DNA of 64,000 bases from Ranitomeya imitator (GCF_032444005.1 NC_091289.1:4836001-4900000), one strand, 5' to 3'; shown: positions 20,297 through 34,000, numbered from the stretch's first letter. Program-made: numbers and translations. The notes: generated from the letters alone by a model not told the origin.

Positions 20297-21939
20297 GTGG
20301 TTGTGCAGCTGCTGACGGTTGTGTAGCTTGATGTTCCTTGTCCTGGGTGAAATCTTCACCAATGGCTGCCTGAATTTAAAGGACTCTCCTGATAAGACCC
20401 AGCTGCCTCCATCATGCGTATTTAAGAGGATAAAAAAAATGTGGCCATCTGATTGCAGCAGTAGATGCAGCTTTACCCCCCATCTACACATTAATGCTGC
20501 CTCTCCTCCTCTGCCCTGGCCTATGTGGACAAGCTGCAGCGGTATCTCCATGACTGCAGCCTATGTGATGGATGAGTCCAGTGAGCGGCTGCAGGGTGCA
20601 CGGCTGCACTGAGCAGGGCTGGACCTGGAGAGGGTAATTCTGTGAAATGAGCACTATTTTCGGATCACGATCTCTGGCTCGCCCGATAGGTCTCTGAGAA
20701 GCGAAGTTTGGATGAGCAAATGAAGAACTGTCTGCTCTACTCGAGGCGGTTGAGTTGAGGGTGATGAGATCTGCAACCAAGTCTATCAGTTTTCCATGTT
20801 TCATGGTCTGAGTCGTCAAGGACTGATACTTTCCGCACAAGGGTCTGCCTTAGATTTTCAAAGGACCCGGATTAACCAATGACACGGCTGCTTTCAGAAA
20901 TCGCACTATCCCTAAGCACGAGTTGTGTTTTAGTGCAGCTCAGCCCCAGTTACAATCCCCCTATAATCCCATCATATTACTGGTACATCACATCAGGTCC
21001 CATCACCGGCCTTACTGCCAGGAGACGTAGGAGACCCCTGTGCCCGCAGTGACGATGCTCCAAAGACCATCCATGACTGACAAAGGGTATCCACTGTAAT
21101 ATAGTGATCAAAGTCTTCTATGGAGACTACAAAAGAAAAGTTTTTGACCCGCCCTCCCTTTTCATCCAGTTAAAATAAATACCAAATTGTTTAAATTCTT
21201 ACTTATTTTTTTTTATCTCCATATCCATAAAATCTCGGCGATCAAAATGTAAAATTAACCTGATATGTAAACAGCATAAAGCGAAAAGTTTAAATGCCGG
21301 AATTGTGGGTTTTGGGTCATTGCAAAAAAATTTAAAAAAAATGCAATAATCAAACAAAATATCTTTCCCAAAATGTTACCAATGAAAAGTTCCAAAAAAC
21401 AAGCCCGAGCACAGCAACATCAAGGTAAATAACTGTACATAACCGTACGCCTGGGAAAATCATGTGGCCAGGTCATTGTTGCCAGCCCCTGAACACCGGA
21501 AAATAAAAAAACAACTGTGGAATTGTGCTTCTGCGCAATATCTCTGCATTTGAATTTTTTTACCCATTTTTCCTGTCTTTTCAACAGTAAAATGAACTGT
21601 CATTCAAAACCACAACTCCATCGGTCAGTGAGGGGGCGGGCGGTCATTCCCATGTCAGTTGGTGAGGGTGGCGGTCCTTAGCCAGTTGGTTGTTGAGGGC
21701 AGCGGTCCTTCACGAGTTGGACGGTGAGGGAGCCGGTCTTTCTCTGCTCTGTCGCTGAGGGCGGCGGTCCTTCGCTGGTCGGTCTCCGTCTGTCCCTGTC
21801 TTCCTCTGCTCCTGTCTCCATCTGTCCCTATCTCCCTCTGTTCCTGTCTTCCTCTGCTCCCGTAGCTGTCCCGTCCCTGTAGAGGTCCCTTTCTCCGTCT
21901 GCTTCTGTAGCCATCCCTGTCTCACTGTCTCCCTCCCTG

Positions 21940-24213
21940 TCTGTTCCTGTCACTGTCTCCCTCTGTTCCTGTCGCCGTCCCTGCCTCCGTCTGCTCCTGT
22001 CGCCCTCACTGTCTCCATCTGTTCCTTTCCCTGTCTCCCTCTGCCCCTGACTCCCTCTGTCCCTGACTCCCTCTGCTCCTGACTCCCTCTGCCCCTGACT
22101 CCCTCTGCTCCTGACTCCCTCTGTCCCTGTCTCCCTCTGTCCCTATCTCCCTCCTGTTGCTGCTGTCACCGTCTCCCTCTGCTCCTGTCCCCCTCTGTCC
22201 CTGACTCCCTCTGCTCCTGACTCCCTCTGCCCCTGACTCCCTCTGTCCCTGTCTCCCTCTGTCCCTGTCTCCCTCTGTCCCTGTCTCCCTCCTGTTGCTG
22301 CTGTCACCGTCTCCCTCTGCTCCTGTCCCCCTCTTTCCCTGTCTCGATCTGCTCCTGACTCCCTCTATCCCTCTCTCTGTCCCTGTCTCCCTCTGTCCCG
22401 GTCTCCCTCTGCTCCTGTCCCTGTCTCCCTCTGTCCCTGTCTCCCTCTGCCCCTGACTCCCTCTGCCCCTGTCGCCCTCTGTCGGTCTCCCTGACTCCCT
22501 CTGTCCCTGTCTCCCTCTGCTCCTGTCCCTGTCTCCCTCTGTCCCTGTCTCCCTCTGCTCCTGTCCCTGTCTCCCTCTGTCCCTGTCTCCCTCTGCTCCT
22601 GTCCCTGTCTCCCTCTGTCCCGGTCTCCCTCTGCTCCTGTCCCTGTCTCCCTCTGTCCCGGTCTCCCTCTGCTCCTGACTCACTCTGTCCCGGTCTCCCT
22701 CCTGTTGCTGCTGTCGCCGTCTCCTCCGTCCCTGTCTCCCTCTGTCCCCGTCTCCCTCTGTCCCCGTCTCCCTCTGTCCCCGTCTCCCTCTGTCCCCGTC
22801 TCCCTCTGCTCCTGTCTCCCTCTGTCCCGGTCTCCCTCCTGCTGCTGCTGTCGCCGTCTCCTCCGTCCCTGTCTCCCTCTGTCCCGGTCTCCCTGTCCCT
22901 GTCTCCCTCTGTCCCCGTCTCCCTCTGTCCCGGTCTCCCTCCTGTTGCTGCTTTCGCCGTCTCCTCCGTCCCTGTCTCCCTCTGTCCCGGTCTCCCTCCT
23001 GCTGCTGCTGTCGCCGTCTCCTCCGTCCCTGTCTCCCTCTGTCCCGGTCTCCCTCTGTCCCCGTCTCCCTCTGCTCCTGTCTCCCTCTGTCCCGGTCTCC
23101 CTCCTGTTGCTGCTGTCGCCGTCTCCTCCGTCCCTGTCTCCCTCTGTCCCCGTCTCCCTCTGTCCCCGTCTCCCTCTGCTCCTGTCTCCCTCTGTCCCGG
23201 TCTCCCTCCTGCTGCTGCTGTCGCCGTCTCCTCCGTCCCTGTCTCCCTGTCCCTGTCTCCCTCTGTCCCCGTCTCCCTCTGTCCCGGTCTCCCTCCTGTT
23301 GCTGCTGTCGCCGTCTCCTCCGTCCCTGTCTCCCTCTGGCCCGGTCTCCCTCCTGCTGCTGCTGTCGCCGTCTCCTCCGTCCCTGTCTCCCTCTGTCCCG
23401 GTCTCCCTCTGTCCCCGTCTCCCTCCTGTTGCTGCTGTCGCCGTCTCCTCCGTCCCTGTCTCCCTCTGTCCCCGTCTCCCTCTGTCCCCGTCTCCCTCTG
23501 CTCCTGTCTCCCTCTGTCCCGGTCTCCCTCCTGCTGCTGCTGTCGCCGTCTCCTCCGTCCCTGTCTCCCTCTGTCCCGGTCTCCCTGTCCCTGTCTCCCT
23601 CTGTCCCCGTCTCCCTCTGTCCCGGTCTCCCTCCTGTTGCTGCTGTCGCCGTCTCCTCCGTCCCTGTCTCCCTCTGTCCCGGTCTCCCTCCTGCTGCTGC
23701 TGTCGCCGTCTCCTCCGTCCCTGTCTCCCTCTGTCCCGGTCTCCCTCTGTCCCCGTCTCCCTCTGTCCCGGTCTCCCTCTGTCCCCGTCTCCCTCTGCTC
23801 CTGTCTCCCTCTGTCCCGGTCTCCCTCCTGTTGCTGCTGTCGCCGTCTCCTCCGTCCCTGTCTCCCTCTGTCCCCGTCTCCCTCTGTCCCCGTCTCCCTC
23901 TGTCCCCGTCTCCCTCTGTCCCCGTCTCCCTCTGTCCCCGTCTCCCTCTGTCCCCGTCTCCCTCTGTCCCCGTCTCCCTCTGTCCCCGTCTCCCTCTGTC
24001 CCCGTCTCCCTCTGTCCCCGTCTCCCTCTGTCCCCGTCTCCCTCTGCTCCTGTCTCCCTCTGTCCCCGTCTCCCTCTGCTCCTGTCTCCCTCTGTCCCGG
24101 TCTCCCTCTGTCCCTGTCTCCCTCTGTCCCTATCTCCCTCCTGTTGCTCCTGTCCCTGACTCCCTCTGTTCCTCTCTCTCTGCTCCTGTCTCCATCTGCC
24201 GCCGTCTCCCTCT
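21940..24213. repeat. Pyrimidine-rich ~17-bp minisatellite with higher-order units
   Basis: TGTCTCCCTCTGTCCC(C/G)G interspersed with CTCCTG(T/C)TGCTGCTGTCGCCGTCTCCTCCGTCCC; resumes at 27410-27590. Confidence 0.93.
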
Positions 24214-24258
24214 ATCCTGAGCAGAGCGCAGCGCTAGAGGACAGACGGCTGTAGGTAA

Positions 24259-24984
24259 AGGCCCCTTCACATTAAGCGACGCTGCAGCGATACCGACAAC
24301 GATCCGGATCGCTGCAGCGTCGCTGTTTGGTCGCTGGAGAGCTGTCACACAGACAGCTCTCCAGCGACCAACGATGCCGGTAACCAGGGTAAACATCGGG
24401 TAACTAAGCTCAGGGCCGCGCTTAGTAACCCGATGTTTACCCTGGTTACCATGCTAAAAGTAAAAAAAAACAAACACTAGATACTTACCTACAGCCGTCT
24501 GTCCTCCAGCGCTGCGCTCTGCTTCTCTGCTCTCCTCCTGTACTGGCTGTGAGCCGGAAAGCAGAGCGGTGACGTCACCGCTCTGCTTTCCGGCTCACAG
24601 ACAGTACAGGAGGAGAGCAGAGCACAGCGCTGGAGGACAGACAGCGGTAGGTAAGTATCTAGTGTTTGTTTGTTTTTTACTTTTAGCATGGTATCCAGGG
24701 TAAACATCGGGTTACTAAGCGCGGCCCTGCGCTTAGTTACCCGATGTTTACCCTGGTTACCAGTGAAGACATCGCTGGATCGGTGTCACACACGCCGATC
24801 CAGCGATGTCAGCAGGAGTCCAGCGACGAAATAAAGTTCTGGACTTTATTCAGCGACCAACGATCTCCCAGCAGGGGCCTGATCGTTGGTCGCTGTCACA
24901 CATAACGATTTCATTAACGATATCGTTGCTACGTCACAAATAGCAACGATATCGTTAACGATATCGTTATGTGTGAAGGTACCT
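24259..24984. mobile_element. Palindromic MITE with TAA TSD, inserted into an older copy of the same family
   Basis: TAA|AGGCCCCTTCACA ... TGTGAAGGTACCT|TAA. Flanks 24222-24258 and 24988-25304 rejoin into sequence matching the element's own interior; the older copy's terminus GTGTGACTGTACC ends 25304. Confidence 0.75.
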
Positions 24985-25410
24985 TAAGTATGTACTGTTT
25001 GTTTTTTTTACTTTTAGGATGGTAACCAGGGTAAATATCGGGTTACTAAGTGCGGCCCTGCGCTTAGTAACCCGATGTTTACCCTGGTTACCAGTGAAGA
25101 CATCGCTGAATCGGTGTCACACACGCCGATTCAGCGATGTCTGCGGGGAGTCCAGCGACGAAATAAAGTTCTGGACTTTCTTCCCCGACCAGCGACAGCA
25201 CAGCAGGGGCCTGATCGCTGCTGCCTGTCACACTGGACGATATCGCTAGCCAGGACGCTGCAACGTCACGGATCGCTAGCGATATCGTCTAGTGTGACTG
25301 TACCTTTAGTGTTCCACCATCCTTCAGTCAGTGCTGGAGTCAGGATTTGAGCTACCTTAGTCCCACATAAAGATATACTTTACTGGCCTCATCCATGGCA
25401 TTATATACTG

Positions 25411-26535
25411 ATATATACTATATAATTGTCTAAGGGTCACTTCCGTCTGTCCTTCTTTCTTTCTGTCACGGTTATTCATTCGCTGATTGGTCTCGCCAGC
25501 TGACTGTCATGGCTGCCGCGACCAATCAGCGACAGGCACAGTCCGGAAAAAAATGGCCACTCCTTACTCCCCGCAGTCAGTGCCTGTCGCCCACATACTC
25601 CCTGCTAACACAGGGTTAATGCCGGTGGTAACGGACCGTGTTATGCCGCGGGTAACGCACTCCGTTACCGCCGCTATTAACCCTGTGTGACCAACTTTTT
25701 ACTATTGACGCTGCCTATGCGGCATCAATAGTAAAAAATGTAATGTTAAAAATAATTTAAAAAAAAAACAACCTGCTATACTCACCCTCCGTAGTCGCTC
25801 ATGCCGGCCGCCATCTTCCGTTGCAGGTCATGTGACCGCGACGTCATCACAGGTCCTGCGCTCATACCAGCCCTGGGACCAGAAGCTGCCGTGGACTACA
25901 AGGGGCCCTCGGAAAGGTGAGTATATGTTTATTTTTTATTTTTTAACCTGTGACAAACCTGGCTGGGCAATATACTACGTGGGCTGTGCAATATACTACG
26001 TTACTGGCCAATATACTACGTGGCTCTGTGCTGTATACTACGTCGCTGTGCAATATACAATGTGGCTCTGTGCTGTATACTACGTCACTGGGCAATATAC
26101 TACGTGGGCTGTGCAATATACTACGTGACTGGCCAATATACTACGTGGCTCTGTGCTGTATACTACATCGCTGTGCAATATACTATGTGGCTCTGTGCTG
26201 TATACTACGTCGCTGTGCAATATACTATGTGGCTCTATGCTGTATACTGCGTCACTTGGCAATATACTACGTGGCTGGGCAATATACTATGTAACTGGGC
26301 AATATACTACGTCACTAGGCAATATACTACGTCACTAGGCAATATACTACGTAAGTGGGCAATATACTACGTAAGTGGGCAATATACTACGTGGCTGGCC
26401 AATATACTATGTGGCTGAGCAATATACTACGTGGCTGGCCAATATACTACGTCGCTGGGCAATATACTATGTGGCTGGGCAATATACTACATCGCTGGGC
26501 AATATACTACGTGGCTGGCCAATATACTACGTGGT
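25411..26535. mobile_element. Unclassified interspersed element with internal ~20-bp array
   Basis: Starts CTATATAATTGTCTAAGGGTCACTTCCGTCTGTC; carries tandem GCAATATACTACGTGGCTGG units at 25966-26533; no termini established. Confidence 0.35.
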
Positions 26536-26922
26536 CCAGATTGCATCTCTACACTTGACATAGGGACGCATGGACCTGCAATTGCATCAGGATCAGGATG
26601 CATCAGGATTTGTCGTGTGCTCCCAAAACGCAGCTTGTTGCGAATTTTGGGTGTTAAAAAATCTGCAGCCATCCTGGTACGTGGCAGCGAATCCAATAAA
26701 CATGATTGTCAATGTAGACGCCCCCCAAATCAGGATGACTGCGTCCAATCTGTATGTGGATGTCATACTGCGCAGGCATGGAACCTAATTTTTATTTTCT
26801 TTCACTTTCACCAGTGTTTGTAACATGCTTTTATTTTTATGAATTATAATCTCATACAGCGCCAGCACATCACAGCACTTACTAAATCAGAATGGACATG
26901 TACAAAAAAATGCCACATATTA

Positions 26923-27118
26923 GGCCGGGATCACACATACGAGAAACACGTCCATGTCTCGCATGTGAAATCCAAGCTCTGGCGCCGGCACTGTGGAGCG
27001 GAGCGTGCGGCTCCATGTGTTGCTATGCGGCTGCACGCTCCGCTCCGGAGTGTCGGCGCCACAGCTTGGATTTCACATGTGAGACACGGACGTGTTTCTC
27101 GCATGTGTGATCCCGGCC
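26923..27118. mobile_element. 196-bp near-palindromic MITE
   Basis: TTA|GGCCGGGATCACACAT(A)CGAGAAACACG ... CGTGTTTCTCG(C)ATGTGTGATCCCGGCC|TTA. Confidence 0.88.
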
Positions 27119-27316
27119 TTAGAAAGTAATACATAAGACTACAACCGAGTAGCAGGGCCCTGTTCACAAGAGCTGACAATCTGAGGAAATAGCAATGCTA
27201 AAAAACAGTCTGTACTGCTTCACTAGAGACTTCTACAGGTGTATAATGAGGCCCTCACTGTACAGGCAAACACCTGGAGCAAGGACTATGGAAAACGGAT
27301 TGTTATTTTGAAAAAG

Positions 27317-27407
27317 AGCCGGTTCGCGAGCCAAAAGAGCCGGCTCTTTATGGTGAGCAGAGCCGAAAGAGCCGGATCACCAAAAAGAGCCGGACTGCCC
27401 ATCACTA
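27317..27407. mobile_element. Probable terminal fragment of a hAT-like element
   Basis: Repeated AAAGAGCCGG subterminal motifs ending in CCCATCACTA. Confidence 0.4.
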
Positions 27408-27645
27408 ATCCCTGTCTCCCTCTGTCCCCATCTCCCTCTGTCCCCGTCTCCCTCTGTCCCCGTCTCCCTCTGTTCCTCTCTCTCTGCTCCTGTCTCCATC
27501 TGCCGCCGTCTCCCTCTGCTCCTGTCTCCCTCCTGTTGCTGCTGTCGCCGTCTCCCTCCTGTTGCTGCTGTCGCCGTCTCCTCCGTCCTGTCAGGAGTCG
27601 TCACTTCTTCGATCTTCCCGCCTTTCTATCCGAGTCGCTCCACTC

Positions 27646-27691
27646 GAGGGCGGTCACGTGATGCGGTGACGTCAGAGGGCGGTCACATGAC
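27646..27691 (+). promoter_or_regulatory. TEX264 proximal promoter: E-box/CLEAR-like, CRE, E-box/CLEAR-like
   Basis: GTCACGTGAT 27653-27662, TGACGTCA 27667-27674 and GTCACATGAC 27682-27691, about 100-140 nt upstream of the ATG in CpG-rich sequence. Confidence 0.6.
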
Positions 27692-27789
27692 CGTGTGTGG
27701 CAGCAGGTGCGGGGACAGGTGAGGTGACTCCGGTCTCTGCCTCCTCTCGCAGCCGCCGCTCTCCCGCTGTCTCCGCCGCTGTGTCCGGG

Positions 27790-28056
27790 ATGGGCGCCGT
27801 CCCGGAGTGGGTGCTGATCTCCCTGATCGCCGCGCTGGTCGCGCTCCTCCTCCTCACGCTCTTCGGGCTGGCCGTGTACTCGGGGCTGCTGACTGAGGTG
27901 GAGGTGAGAGCCGGGCCGCCCCCCATCCGCGGGGTGGTCTTGGCCTACAAGTTCCGTGTGGGGCCGTATGACGAGAGCGGGAACCTGTACACGGAGAGCG
28001 TCAGTCTGGCGCCGAAACTCGTGTCCATAGGAGTCTACTACGACAACCCCATGAAG
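27790..28056 (+). CDS. TEX264: TEX264 coding exon 1 ([34 protein letters not shown]...VYYDNPMK)
   Basis: 267 nt; hydrophobic TM segment; donor GTGAGA at 28057. Confidence 0.95.
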
Positions 28057-31000
28057 GTGAGAGCGGGCAGACCACTGTGTATATACAGAGGGGGGACGGG
28101 GCAGACCACTGTGTACAGAGGGGGGACGGGGCAGACCACTGTGTATATACAGAGGGGGGACGGGGCAGACCACTGTGTATATACAGAGGGGGGACGGGGC
28201 AGACCACTGTGTATATACAGAGGGGGGGACGGGGCAGACCACTGTGTACAGAGGGGGGACGGGGCAGACCACTGTGTATATACAGAGGGGGGGACGGGGC
28301 AGACCACTGTGTATATACAGAGGGGGGGACGGGGCAGACCACTGTGTATATACAGAGGGGGGGACGGGGCAGACCACTGTGTATATACAGAGGGGGGGAC
28401 GGGGCAGACCACTGTGTATATACAGAGGGGGGGACGGGGCAGACCACTGTGTATATACAGAGGGGGGGACGGGGCAGACCACTGTGTATATACAGAGGGG
28501 GGGACGGGGCAGACCACTGTGTATATACAGAGGGGGGGACGGGGCAGACCACTGTGTATATACAGAGGGGGGGACGGGGCAGACCACTGTGTATATACAG
28601 AGGGGGGGACGGGGCAGACCACTGTGTATATACAGAGGGGGGGACGGGGCAGACCACTGTGTATATACAGAGGGGGGGACGGGGCAGACCACTGTGTATA
28701 TACAGAGGGGGGGACGGGGCAGACCACTGTGTATATACAGAGGGGGGGACGGGGCAGACCACTGTGTATATACAGAGGGGGGACGGGGCAGACCACTGTG
28801 TACGGAGGGGGGACGGGGCAGACCACTGTGTACGGAGGGGGGACGGGGCAGACCACTGTGTACGGAGGGGGGACGGGGCAGACCACTGTGTACAGAGGGG
28901 GGGACGGGGCAGACCACTGTGTATATACGGAGGGGGGGACGGGGCAGACCACTGTGTACAGGGGGGGACGGGGCAGACCACTGTGTATATACAGAGGGGG
29001 GGACGGGGCAGACCACTGTGTATATACAGAGGGGGGACGGGGCAGACCACTGTGTACGGAGGGGGGACGGGGCAGACCACTGTGTACGGAGGGGGGACGG
29101 GGCAGACCACTGTGTACGGAGGGGGGGACGGGGCAGACCACTGTGTACAGAGGGGGGGACGGGGCAGACCACTGTGTATATACGGAGGGGGGGACGGGGC
29201 AGACCACTGTGTACAGGGGGGGGCGGGGCAGACCACTGTGTATACACGGAGGGGGGACGGGCAGACCACTGTGTATACACGGAGGGGGGACGGGCAGACC
29301 ACTGTATATACGGAAGGGGGACGGGGCAGACCACTGTACGGAGGGGGGGACGGGGCAGACCACTGTACGGAGGGGGGGGACGGGGCAGACCACTGTGTAC
29401 GGAGGGGGGGACGGGGCAGACCACTGTGTACGGAGGGGGGGACGGGGCAGACCACTGTGTACGGAGGGGGGACGGGGCAGACCACTGTGTACGGAGGGGG
29501 GACGGGGCAGACCACTGTGTACGGAGGGGGGACGGGGCAGACCACTGTGTACGGAGGGGGGACGGGGCAGACCACTGTGTACAGAGGGGGGGACGGGGCA
29601 GACCACTGTGTATATACGGAGGGGGGGACGGGGCAGACCACTGTGTACAGGGGGGGGCGGGGCAGACCACTGTGTATACACGGAGGGGGGACGGGCAGAC
29701 CACTGTGTATACACGGAGGGGGGACGGGCAGACCACTGTATATACGGAAGGGGGACGGGGCAGACCACTGTACGGAGGGGGGGACGGGGCAGACCACTGT
29801 ACGGAGGGGGGGGACGGGGCAGACCACTGTGTACGGAGGGGGGGACGGGGCAGACCACTGTGTATATACGGAGGGGGGGACGGGGCAGACCACTGTGTAC
29901 AGGGGGGGGCGGGGCAGACCACTGTGTATACACGGAGGGGGGACGGGCAGACCACTGTGTATACACGGAGGGGGGACGGGCAGACCACTGTATATACGGA
30001 AGGGGGACGGGGCAGACCACTGTACGGAGGGGGGGACGGGGCAGACCACTGTACGGAGGGGGGGACGGGGCAGACCACTGTACGGAGGGGGGGGACGGGG
30101 CAGACCACTGTGTACGGAGGGGGGGACGGGGCAGACCACTGTGTACGGAGGGGGGGACGGGGCAGACCACTGTGTACGGAGGGGGGACGGGGCAGACCAC
30201 TGTGTACGGAGGGGGGACGGGGCAGACCACTGTGTACGGAGGGGGGACGGGGCAGACCACTGTGTACAGAGGGGGGGACGGGGCAGACCACTGTGTATAT
30301 ACGGAGGGGGGGACGGGGCAGACCACTGTGTACAGGGGGGGGCGGGGCAGACCACTGTGTATACACGGAGGGGGGACGGGCAGACCACTGTGTATACACG
30401 GAGGGGGGACGGGCAGACCACTGTATATACGGAAGGGGGACGGGGCAGACCACTGTACGGAGGGGGGGACGGGGCAGACCACTGTACGGAGGGGGGGGAC
30501 GGGGCAGACCACTGTGTACGGAGGGGGGGACGGGGCAGACCACTGTGTACGGAGGGGGGGACGGGGCAGACCACTGTGTACGGAGGGGGGGACGGGGCAG
30601 ACCACTGTGTACGGAGGGGGGGACGGGGCAGACCACTGTGTACGGAGGGGGGGACGGGGCAGACCACTGTGTACGGAGGGGGGGACGGGGCAGACCACTG
30701 TGTACGGAGGGGGGGACGGGGCAGACCACTGTGTACGGAGGGGGGACGGGCAGACCACTGTGTACGGAGGGGGGGACGGGGCAGACCACTGTGTATATAC
30801 GGAGGGGGGACGGGGCAGACCACTGTGTATATACGGAGGGGGGACGGGGCAGACCACTGTGTATATACGGAGGGGGAACGGGGCAGACCACTGTGTATAT
30901 ACGGAGGGGGGACGGGGCAGACCACTGTGTATATACGGAGGGGGGACGGGGCAGACCACTGTATATATACGGAGGGGGGACGGGGCAGACCACTGTATAT

Positions 31001-34000
31001 ACGGAGGGGGGACGGGGCAGACCACTGTGTGTATACGGAGGGGGGACGGGGCAGACCACTGTGTGTATACGGAGGGGGGACGGGGCAGACCACTGTGTGT
31101 ATACGGAGGGGGGACGGGGCAGACCACTGTGTATATACGGAGGGGGGACGGGGCAGACCACTGTGTATATACGGAGGGGGGACGGGGCAGACCACTGTGT
31201 ATATACGGAGGGGGGACGGGGCAGACCACTGTGTATATACGGAGGGGGGACGGGGCAGACCACTGTGTATATACGGAGGGGGGACGGGGCAGACCACTGT
31301 GTACAGAAGGGGCAGACCACTGTACGGGGGGGACTGGGCAGACCACTGATTACAGCTGAGGTTGGGAGGGGGCAGACCACTGTGCGACAAGGGGGGACGG
31401 GGCAGACTACTACATATGGATGGGGCTGACCACGGTGTGGACGCATCATTGTACTCGTTGTGCAAATAAGGAGCGTGTATTGCTGGGGACTGGTTATGTC
31501 TGGAGTTTGTGTATTTGCTGTCCTGTGCCCCATCTCCACACCTCGCCCCTCCAGCTGCTCTGCCCCGTCCCTCACCTCGCCCCTCCGGCCGCTCTGCCCT
31601 GTCGTTCACGGCGCCGCTCTGCCTCGCTGTTCACCTCGCCCCTCCGGCCGCTCTGCCCCGTCCCTCACCTCGCCTCTCTGCCTCGCCCCTCTGGCCGCTC
31701 TGCCCCATCCCTCACCTCACTCCTCCGTCCGCTCTGCCCCGTCTCCACGCCTCGCTCTTCCGGCCGCTCTGCCCCGTCCCTCACCTCCTCCGGCCGCTCT
31801 GTCCCGTCCCTCGCCCCTCCGGCCGCTCTGTCCCGTCCCTCGCCCCTCCGGCCGCTCTGTCCCGTCCCTCGCCCCTCCGGCCGCTCTGTCCCGTCCCTCG
31901 TCCCTCCGGCCGCTCTGCCCCATCTCCACTCCTCGCCCCTCCGGCCGCTCTGCCCCATCTCCACTCCTCGCCCCTCCGGCCGCTCTGCCCCATCTCCACT
32001 CCTCGTCCCTCCGGCCGCTCTGCCCCATCTCCACTCCTCGTCCCTCCGGCCGCTCTGCCCCATCTCCACTCCTCGTCCCTCCGGCCGCTCTGCCCCATCT
32101 CCACTCCTCGTCCCTCCGGCCGCTCTGCCCCATCTCCACTCCTCGTCCCTCCGGCCGCTCTGCCCCATCTCCACTCCTCGTCCCTCCGGCCGCTCTGCCC
32201 CATCTCCACTCCTCGTCCCTCCGGCCGCTCTGCCCCATCTCCACTCCTCGTCCCTCCGGCCGCTCTGCCCCATCTCCACTCCTCGTCCCTCCGGCCGCTC
32301 TGCCCCATCTCCACTCCTCGTCCCTCCGGCCGCTCTGCCCCGTATCCACTCCTCGTCCCTCCGGCCGCTCTGCCCCGTATCCACGCCTCGCCCCTCCGGC
32401 CGCTCTGCCCCGTCCCTCACCTCGCCCCTCCGACCGCTCTGCCTCCTCTCCTCGCCCCTCCGGCCGCTCTGCCCTGTCCCTCGTCTCCCCCGATGCTGTT
32501 TGCTGTGTGTTGCGTGTGTAATTGCCTGTCATTAGACTGTGTCTTTTTCTGGTGTAATAATTTACACTCGGTTGCACCCAGGACTGCGGGTACAGAGCAG
32601 AAATACCAGCTCCTCCGCTGGGACCTCCAGCTTATTATAGCAGCAACTCCTCTCCCGGGGCCGCTGTACGAGGGCTCCGGGGGCCGCATGATGGAGAGCA
32701 GCCCAGGTGCAGCTCTCTGCCAGGGCCTCAACTCCGCGAAGATGGAGACTTGGGATATAACTGCAGCAAGGACCCCCAAATGTGAGCGATCATAGGAAAT
32801 GTGTCCCCGGGGCCCGAAGAGCTGCACCCACAGACCCCTGACTGCAGAAATCTCCAAATCACATCCTGCAACTGTGCACAACACCTGTCTTATCTACCCT
32901 TACAAAACGAGTGTAGATTCAGTGTCGGCAGAATAGTGACCGCAGCTCTGGAGGATAAGACACAATGTAACAGCAGAATAGTGACCGCAGCTCTGGAGGA
33001 TAAGACACAATGTAACAGCAGAATAGTGTCTGCAGCTCTGGAGGATAAGACACGATGTAACAGCAGAATAGTGACTGCAGCTCTAGAGGATAAGACACAA
33101 TGTAACAGCAGAATAGTGACTTCAGCTCTGGAGGATAAGACACAATGTAACAGCAGAATAGTGACCGCAGCTCTGGAGGATAAGACACGATGTAACAGCA
33201 GAATAGTGACCGCAGCTCTGGAGGATAAGACACGATGTAACAGCAGAATAGTGACTTCAGCTCTGGAGGATAAGACACAATGTAACAGCAGAATAGTGAC
33301 CGCAGCTCTGGAGGATAAGACACAATGTAACAGCAGAATAGTGACCGCAGCTCTGGAGGTGACTGGAGGATAAGACGCAATGTAACGGCAGAATAGTGAC
33401 CGCAGCTCTGGAGGATAAGACACGATGTAACAGCAGAATAGTGACTGCAGCTCTGGAGGATAAGACACGATGTAACAGCAGAATAGTGACCGCAGCTCTA
33501 GAGGATAAGACATGATGTAACAGCAGAATAGTGACCGCAGCTCTGGAGGATAAGACACGATGTAACAGCAGAATAGTGACCGCAGCTCTGGAGGATAAGA
33601 CACGATGTAACAGCAGAATAGTGACCGCAGCTCTGGAGGTGACTGGAGGATAAGACACCATGTAACACAGGATCAGCATTTTTTGTATTCTGTTCTTCCT
33701 TTAGTTGGGGGCTTCATAAAGACCACCCCCATATGTTACATGCATGTGCCCTGCTACACGCAAGACAATAACAACCTGACTGTCCTGTCCTGGGGCCCAG
33801 AAGTGTTTACAAATAAATTGCCCCGTCCATACAGTGGCTTGCAAAAGTATTCAGCACCCTACATCCCCTCCCCCCCCTGGCTTTTTACCTATTTTGTTAC
33901 ATTACAACCTGTGTATAAATACTTGTGTAATCTGATTTGTGTGTGATGCTTCAGCACCGAATAGTCTGCTGGTGAAGTGAGAAAAATAAAGGCAAAGATT

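Noticed and set aside
27697-27789. N-terminal extension of TEX264 from a GTG start, or a 34-46-nt 5' UTR intron
   Set aside because: ATG 27790 has a good context and aligns with the known N-terminus; the candidate intron is too short for normal splicing
27601-31609. Six ORFs of 1084-1324 aa, including 27697-31359 which starts with real TEX264 exon 1
   Set aside because: The frame stays open only because the intronic repeat unit lacks stop codons. All frames give low-complexity repeats, and a donor at 28057 splices in frame to exon 2.
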